Below, piece by piece: positions 58,880 through 64,000 of a stretch of 64,000 nucleotides of DNA. The position numbers were made by a program, and so were the translations under genes. The notes beneath the pieces were generated by a model. It was not told where the DNA came from. It did no database searches and worked only from the letters and a program-made list of their open reading frames with translations. The first letter of the stretch is position 1, and every line of letters starts with the position of its first letter. Source of the DNA: Oscillospiraceae bacterium (GTDB taxonomy: Bacteria > Bacillota > Clostridia > Oscillospirales > Ruminococcaceae); contig JAHHUE010000002.1 in the NCBI GenBank assembly GCA_020024155.1, positions 77 to 64,076 of the forward strand, in the 5' to 3' direction.

Positions 58880-59506
58880 TTATCTTTTACAATATGCGTC
58901 TGCCATAATATCGCAAAAGCAATCCAATCTTTTTTTTGAAAATTCAATATATTCTTCATCATTTCTGCCACTAACAGCAATTTTTTGTATCAGTCCTAGC
59001 AGAGAGTCAAATGTATCATAATAAAGCATTGCTATGTCTATATCTGTTCTTATACTTCCATCTTCCATACCGTTTTTTATTGCTATTGCAAGTGGACTTA
59101 TTGATTTTTCAGCTGTTAAAACATATCTGTTTTCTATCAATTTGGATTTTCCCATACGATATAAATACGTTTCTGCCTCATGAATAAATACATATTGTTT
59201 TCTATTGTCAAAGCACAAATCTGTGTATGCTTTCAATACCTCTCTAATCTGCTGTGAACCAAGTGTATTTTTATCTACTCTTTCATCGTATTGCTCTTTT
59301 ACTTTATTTTTTAAAATTTTCCAAAATAGCAACAGGGATTCAAAAACTAAATCGGCTTTTGTATCAAAGTAACGAAAAACACTTCTTTCTGTAAGCCCTG
59401 CTTTTTCTGCAACATCAGAAACTTTTGTTTTTTCAATGCCATTTTCTATAAAGCTATTTAAAGCACAATGTAAAACTTTATCTATATTTTTTTCTTTTAC
59501 AGTCAT
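58880..59506 (-). CDS. TetR/AcrR-family transcriptional regulator
   Basis: N-terminal HTH KVSDVAEKAGLTERSVFRYFDTKADLV; 208 aa. Confidence 0.9.
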   Translation of the reverse strand: MTVKEKNIDKVLHCALNSFIENGIEKTKVSDVAEKAGLTERSVFRYFDTKADLVFESLLLFWKILKNKVKEQYDERVDKNTLGSQQIREVLKAYTDLCFDNRKQYVFIHEAETYLYRMGKSKLIENRYVLTAEKSISPLAIAIKNGMEDGSIRTDIDIAMLYYDTFDSLLGLIQKIAVSGRNDEEYIEFSKKRLDCFCDIMADAYCKR

Positions 59507-59549
59507 TTTTTATCGCTCTTATCTATTAAAATTCATTTTGTTATTTTTT

Positions 59550-59566
59550 TGTCAGTCTTACTGACA
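59550..59566. promoter_or_regulatory. Candidate TetR operator TGTCAGT-N3-ACTGACA
   Basis: Perfect 7-bp inverted repeat starting 2 nt downstream of the -10 box of the tetR promoter. Confidence 0.55.
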
Positions 59567-59568
59567 CT

Positions 59569-59597
59569 ATTATATAAAATCCTTTGTAATATTTCAA
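59569..59597 (-). promoter_or_regulatory. Promoter of the TetR-headed operon
   Basis: Minus strand reads TTGAAA, 17 bp, TATAAT. Confidence 0.65.
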
Positions 59598-59832
59598 TAT
59601 AAAGTTAAATATTTTTTTAACAATTATTTTGTGTATTTTTTGTCAACTGCTACAAATTTTATATCTTGCACAATCAAAATTTGATTATAAAATATTTTAT
59701 TTATTAAATATTTTGATGTAATTCTATATTATATTTTTCAAAAATAAAAAACAGACCATATTTTTATATAGTCTGTTTTACTTTTTTATTAAATTATTTT
59801 AGTTTGCTATTCTAAATCAGTGTTAGTTTTAA

Positions 59833-60092
59833 ATAAAAATTTATTCTAAACTTAAAATTATAAATATTCTTTGGAAAAGGGCAATATTACAGCCAAAAAA
59901 ATCTCAGATATTTTAAAAGCTGAAATTGGTTAGAACATAAACACAACCTATACAGTAGTTAAAAAGTGCATTGCCAAAGGAGCTATCAAACGCATTGAAC
60001 CAAATTTTATGTGTCATCCTTTAATTACAAAAGAAGAGGTTCAGGCAGCTGAAACAGAAGAACTTGTAAATAATTTATTTTACAATTCCTAA
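59833..60092 (+). pseudogene. BlaI/MecI/CopY-family repressor remnant
   Basis: LKIINILW (frame 1), then after a frameshift EKGNITAKKISDILKAEIG*NINTTYTVVKKCIAKGAIKRIEPNFMCHPLITKEE. There is a TAG where the conserved W is expected, and no start codon. Confidence 0.6.
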
Positions 60093-60095
60093 AAA

Positions 60096-60344
60096 ATATA
60101 AACACACTGAAAACTGGAATATTCATATTTATGGACAAAAAGAATTTCCCGATGGTATGACTATGAGTGACCACTTATTTGAAGATATAAATGAAACTCA
60201 CAATTGAGAAAAGGAAAAGAATATAGTATTAACCTTGACGGTCAATATTACACTGAACTTGAAATAACTATATTTCTGCCAAACAATGTTAAAAAAACAA
60301 TAAATCTTTTAAATTACAGTCAGTATATAATGTTTAAATTTTAG
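60096..60344 (+). pseudogene. Fragment of an unidentified gene downstream of the BlaI-like remnant
   Basis: Protein-like reading ...NIHIYGQKEFPDGMTMSDHLFEDINETHN*, then after a frameshift KGKEYSINLDGQYYTELEITIFLPNNVKKTINLLNYSQYIMFKF*. No start codon. Confidence 0.3.
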
Positions 60345-60356
60345 TACAATTTAACG

Positions 60357-60406
60357 GTCTATGCCTAGATTTTCTATGAATAAATCTAAGCATAGACTTA
60401 TTTTTA
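60357..60406 (+). terminator. Hairpin terminator after the decayed module
   Basis: GTCTATGCCTAGAT / ATCTAAGCATAGAC stem (one mismatch) followed by TTATTTTTAT. Confidence 0.6.
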
Positions 60407-60512
60407 TACTTATTCTAATTTAATATTCTTATATTATAATTATGTATATACTTGCAATATTAAATATATATACATATAATATCATTATATAATTTTTAAG
60501 AAGGTGAATTGT

Positions 60513-61850
60513 ATGGTAAAAACCGTTGAACCAATGACCAGCGGTCCTATTTGGAAAAGAATCACATTATTTGCATTACCTATCCTTATTGGAAACTTAT
60601 TTCAACAAATGTACAACACTGTTGACTCTTTAATTGTTGGAAACTTTTTAGGAAGTAGTGCTTTGGCTGCCGTAAGTTCCTCAGGTAGCCTTATTTTTAT
60701 GATGATAGGCTTTTTTAGTGGTATTTCAATTGGTGCCGGTGTTATTGTTGCTAGATTATTTGGTGCACAAGACAAAGAAAACTTGCGTACAGCAGTACAC
60801 ACAACTGTTGCTTTTGGTATTCTGGCAGGCATTTTAATGACTTTAATTGGTATTATATTTACCCCACAAATACTCAAAATTATGGGTACTCCGGAAAGTG
60901 TTATGCCTGAATCTGTAACATATTTACAAGTTTATTTTGCAGGCTCTCTTGGCTTTATTATGTACAACATATTTGTTGGTATTTTACAAGCTGTTGGCGA
61001 TAGCCGCCACCCTTTATATTATCTTATCACCTCATCAATAATAAACCTTGTACTAGATATTGTATTTATAGCATTTTTAAACTTTGGTGTTGGTGGTGCA
61101 GCTTTGGCAACAGTTATCTCTCAGTTTGTAAGTGCTGGTCTTTGTATGATTCAGTTAATGAGAACAAAAGATTGTTACAGACTTCAATTAAATAAAATAT
61201 GTTTTAACAAAAATATACTTAAACAAATTTTTACCATCGGTTTACCTTCTGGTATTCAAAACTCTATAACTGCTTTTGCAAATCTGGTTGTACAATCTCA
61301 TATCAACTCTTTTGGAGAAATGGCTATGGCTGGCTGTGGTGCATACAGCAAAATTGAGGGCTTTGCTTTTCTTCCAATAACAAGTTTTACTATGGCTCTT
61401 ACAACATTTGTAAGCCAAAATATTGGTGCAAAAGAATATGAACGCACAAAAGAGGGTGCTCGTTTTGGTATTTTGGCAACTGTTATCCTTTCTGAGCTTA
61501 TAGGTGTAGTTGTATTTATTTTTGCTCAACAAATGATTGCAGCATTTGACCCTACCCCAGAAGTTGTTAACTATGGTATTGCAAAAGCTAAAACAGCATC
61601 ACTGTTTTTCTTCTTATTGGCTTATTCACATTCTATTGCTGCTATAATGCGTGGTGCTGGCAAGTCAATTGTTCCTATGGTTGTTATGATGGCTTTTTGG
61701 TGTGTTGTGCGCGTAAGTTTCTTAACTATCACAATTCCTTTAACTCATAGCATTTATATGTTATTTATTGTTTATCCTCTTACTTGGGCATTAAGTTCTA
61801 TTGCATTCTTTATATACTATAAAAAAGCAGACTGGATGCGATGTATGTAA
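60513..61850 (+). CDS. MATE-family efflux transporter
   Basis: 445 aa and 12 TM, with ALPILIGNLFQQMYNTVDSLIVGNFLG typical of the MATE family. ATG at 60513 preceded by AGAAGGTG. Confidence 0.9.
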   Translation: MVKTVEPMTSGPIWKRITLFALPILIGNLFQQMYNTVDSLIVGNFLGSSALAAVSSSGSLIFMMIGFFSGISIGAGVIVARLFGAQDKENLRTAVHTTVAFGILAGILMTLIGIIFTPQILKIMGTPESVMPESVTYLQVYFAGSLGFIMYNIFVGILQAVGDSRHPLYYLITSSIINLVLDIVFIAFLNFGVGGAALATVISQFVSAGLCMIQLMRTKDCYRLQLNKICFNKNILKQIFTIGLPSGIQNSITAFANLVVQSHINSFGEMAMAGCGAYSKIEGFAFLPITSFTMALTTFVSQNIGAKEYERTKEGARFGILATVILSELIGVVVFIFAQQMIAAFDPTPEVVNYGIAKAKTASLFFFLLAYSHSIAAIMRGAGKSIVPMVVMMAFWCVVRVSFLTITIPLTHSIYMLFIVYPLTWALSSIAFFIYYKKADWMRCM

Positions 61851-61942
61851 ATAACTTAAATGGCAATATCCATTTGCTAAAAATATCTATTATATTGTTA
61901 TATTTATTAAATTTAACGATTACTTTATATAGTATATATAAT

Positions 61943-61977
61943 AAAACCACAGTAATTTAACTGTGGTTTTTATTTTT
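61943..61977 (+). terminator. Intrinsic terminator after the MATE gene
   Basis: AAAACCACAG / CTGTGGTTTT stem followed by TATTTTTG. Confidence 0.8.
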
Positions 61978-62013
61978 GTACCAGTATTTCACTTGTGAAA
62001 AATGTTTGAAATG

Positions 62014-62055
62014 TTATATAATTTGATTGACAAATTATATAATTAGATTTACAAT
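62014..62055 (+). promoter_or_regulatory. Promoter of the RHH-gene/clpB unit with two TTATATAATT boxes
   Basis: TTGACA (62027-62032), 17 bp, TACAAT (62050-62055). Identical palindromic decamers TTATATAATT sit at 62014-62023 and 62035-62044, 21 bp apart. One is upstream of the -35 box and one is in the spacer. Confidence 0.6.
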
Positions 62056-62081
62056 TTTAAATATAAGGAGATGATAAAAAT

Positions 62082-62729
62082 ATGAGTAAATCTGTATATA
62101 GTATCGTTTTAGATGACGATGTTATAAATATGATTGATGTAATGGCGTCACGGCAATCCACAAGCCGTTCAAATCTTATAAACAGAATTTTGGCGCAACA
62201 CATAAGTGTTCCAACAGCAGAAACTATGCTTAGTGATGTATATACATCAATTGATGAGTTTCTTAATGGTCATTCATCTCTGGCTGTTCAATTGCTGGGT
62301 AACAGTTCTATGATAAACATGCGTTCTTCCCTGCAATACAAATACAACCCAAGTGTAAAATATACTGTTGAAATTTTTGAAAAATGTGATTATCTTGGTC
62401 AATTAAAAGTTTCAATGCGTAGTCAAAATAAACAGTTAATTGAAATACTTGATAATTTCTTTTATCTTTGGGCTACATTGGAAATATCCTATTGTGGCAT
62501 AACACAAGACAAAATATCATTGGGTAATGGCAAATATATGCGTTTATTCCGTATATATAATTGTAATAACTACAATGATTATGGCAAAAATATAGCTAGT
62601 TATATCAATTTGTTAGACAAATGCCTGAAAGAGTATTTTAACTGTTGCAATATTTCTCCTTCATCGGCAAATATTAATGTTAAACAAATTTTTATAAACA
62701 ATATGACTAATACCATGAGTAAGTTATAA
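62082..62729 (+). CDS. Hypothetical protein with N-terminal ribbon-helix-helix (CopG/Arc-like) motif
   Basis: [37 protein letters not shown] fits a beta-alpha-alpha RHH pattern. The remaining 170 aa are unassigned. The gene ends 16 nt before clpB. Confidence 0.5.
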   Translation: MSKSVYSIVLDDDVINMIDVMASRQSTSRSNLINRILAQHISVPTAETMLSDVYTSIDEFLNGHSSLAVQLLGNSSMINMRSSLQYKYNPSVKYTVEIFEKCDYLGQLKVSMRSQNKQLIEILDNFFYLWATLEISYCGITQDKISLGNGKYMRLFRIYNCNNYNDYGKNIASYINLLDKCLKEYFNCCNISPSSANINVKQIFINNMTNTMSKL

Positions 62730-62745
62730 AAGGAGTGATTTTTTA

Positions 62746-64000
62746 ATGAACACAAATAAGCTTACACAAAAATCCATGGAAGCATTGCAAAATGCTCAAA
62801 GTATTGCAATACAATATTCAAACCAGACTTTACAACCAGAACATTTGTTGCTTGCATTATTACAGCAACAAGATAGCCTTAATGCCCAACTTTTTCAGAA
62901 AATGAGTATTGATGTAGGAAACTTTGTACAAAATCTTACAACAAAAATTGGTCAATTACCAAAGGTTACAACAAGCCGTGAGGCAGATAAAATCTATATA
63001 TCAGCACAAGCAGACCAGGCTCTTAATCAAGCTGAACAAATCGCAAACAGAATGAAAGATGAATTTATTTCTGTTGAACACATTATGCTTGGCTTAATAG
63101 ATACTGCATCAGGAAATGTAAAAGATTTATTCAAACTTTTTGCTATTGATAAAAACAAATTTCTAACAGTTCTTCAAGAAGTAAGAGGTAATACCAGAGT
63201 TACCACCGATAACCCTGAGGACACATATGACGCACTTGCTAAATATGGTCAAGACCTTGTTGCATTGGCAAAAGCCCAAAAACTTGACCCAGTTATTGGT
63301 CGTGATAGTGAAATAAGAAATGTTATACGAATTCTTTCTCGTAAAACAAAAAATAACCCTGTTCTTATCGGTGAGCCTGGTGTTGGTAAAACAGCTATTG
63401 CCGAAGGTCTTGCAATTCGTATAGTTCGTGGTGATGTGCCTGTAAATCTTAAAGACCATAAAATATTCAGTCTTGATATGGGTGCACTTGTTGCCGGTGC
63501 TAAATATCGTGGTGAATTTGAAGAAAGACTTAAAAGCGTACTTGCCGAAGTTAAGAAAAGCGAAGGTCAAATTATACTCTTTATAGATGAATTGCACACT
63601 ATTGTAGGTGCTGGCAAAACTGACGGTGCAATGGACGCTGGCAATATCCTTAAACCTATGCTTGCCCGTGGTGAATTGCACTGTATCGGTGCTACAACAC
63701 TTGATGAGTATAGAAAATACATTGAAAAAGACCCTGCTCTTGAAAGGCGTTTTCAGCCGGTTATGGTTGATGAGCCAACTGTTGAAGACACAATTTCAAT
63801 TTTGCGTGGCTTGAAAGAAAAATATGAAGTTTTCCACGGTGTAAAAATTCACGATAACGCTCTTATCGCAGCTGCTACACTCTCTCACAGATATATTTCT
63901 GATAGATTTTTACCAGATAAAGCTATCGACCTTGTTGACGAAGCTTGTGCTATGATAAGAACAGAAATGGATTCTGCTCCTGCTGAAATGGATGACTTGC
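62746..64000 (+). CDS. clpB: ATP-dependent chaperone ClpB (5' partial; continues beyond the window)
   Basis: My own translation from the ATG at 62746 gives [21 protein letters not shown]...[43 protein letters not shown]...[13 protein letters not shown]. That is a Clp N-domain followed by the NBD1 Walker A and B motifs. It is absent from the ORF track because no stop lies in the window. Confidence 0.95.
   Translation, partial: MNTNKLTQKSMEALQNAQSIAIQYSNQTLQPEHLLLALLQQQDSLNAQLFQKMSIDVGNFVQNLTTKIGQLPKVTTSREADKIYISAQADQALNQAEQIANRMKDEFISVEHIMLGLIDTASGNVKDLFKLFAIDKNKFLTVLQEVRGNTRVTTDNPEDTYDALAKYGQDLVALAKAQKLDPVIGRDSEIRNVIRILSRKTKNNPVLIGEPGVGKTAIAEGLAIRIVRGDVPVNLKDHKIFSLDMGALVAGAKYRGEFEERLKSVLAEVKKSEGQIILFIDELHTIVGAGKTDGAMDAGNILKPMLARGELHCIGATTLDEYRKYIEKDPALERRFQPVMVDEPTVEDTISILRGLKEKYEVFHGVKIHDNALIAAATLSHRYISDRFLPDKAIDLVDEACAMIRTEMDSAPAEMDDL

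Noticed and set aside
42625-60092. In-frame TAG/TGA/TAA codons as evidence for stop-codon reassignment or programmed read-through
   Set aside because: The housekeeping ORFs in the window terminate normally, with TAA seen repeatedly among the stops. The only tRNA-Trp seen has a standard CCA anticodon. The affected genes also carry frameshifts, deletions and missing starts, so ordinary pseudogenisation explains them.
63163-63681. 172-aa minus-strand ORF from the ORF track
   Set aside because: It lies antisense inside clpB, whose plus-strand frame shows unmistakable Walker A and B motifs. The minus-strand product is low-complexity and F/N/K/T-rich. For the same reason I rejected these antisense ORFs: 892-1257, 5627-6112, 9081-9452, 20128-20550, 27153-27791, 27235-27621, 32453-32863, 35365-35793, 38406-38786, 44048-44362, 56445-57105 and 61242-61532.

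Overview
This looks like a low-GC Firmicutes chromosome segment, Clostridia-like and probably from a spore-forming anaerobe (PdaA, a SpoIID domain, fhs and ackA are present). Most of it is tightly packed housekeeping genes: NSS transporter, pepV, proS, an ACP, tsaD, rimI, polA, dusB, yfbR, a YfhO-family protein, tex, ackA, tmcAL, thiI with a cysteine desulfurase, fhs, two MATE pumps, DegV/MarR, a CDF transporter, hisS, folT, rmuC, a patatin-like lipase and the 5' part of clpB. There are five tRNA genes: Asp-GTC, Trp-CCA, one CAT-anticodon tRNA (probably Ile2), and two tandem identical Leu-GAG copies. Several have consensus promoters and clear intrinsic terminators. I saw no rRNA, CRISPR array or intact transposase. 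Four segments are decaying: a roughly 4-kb remnant of an integrated element (about 39.9-44.0 kb, holding MerR and two GNAT genes plus broken ParB-like and serine-recombinase genes), a PAS-GGDEF pseudogene, a cell-wall-anchored surface-protein pseudogene, and a BlaI-like remnant. Many of the lesions are in-frame nonsense codons at positions where W or Q is expected. Three things stand out. (1) An 851-aa TetM/EF-G-like translational GTPase is fused to a Rae1/YacP-type NYN RNase domain. (2) A 1043-aa ORF joins a complete CinA, a TM helix, a KP-repeat linker and a SpoIID domain. (3) A TetR-headed five-gene operon encodes two paralogous polytopic membrane proteins, a CrtI-family flavoenzyme and an FNR/2Fe-2S reductase, with no function I can assign. 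All calls come from reading the sequence and the supplied ORF translations; no database search was possible.
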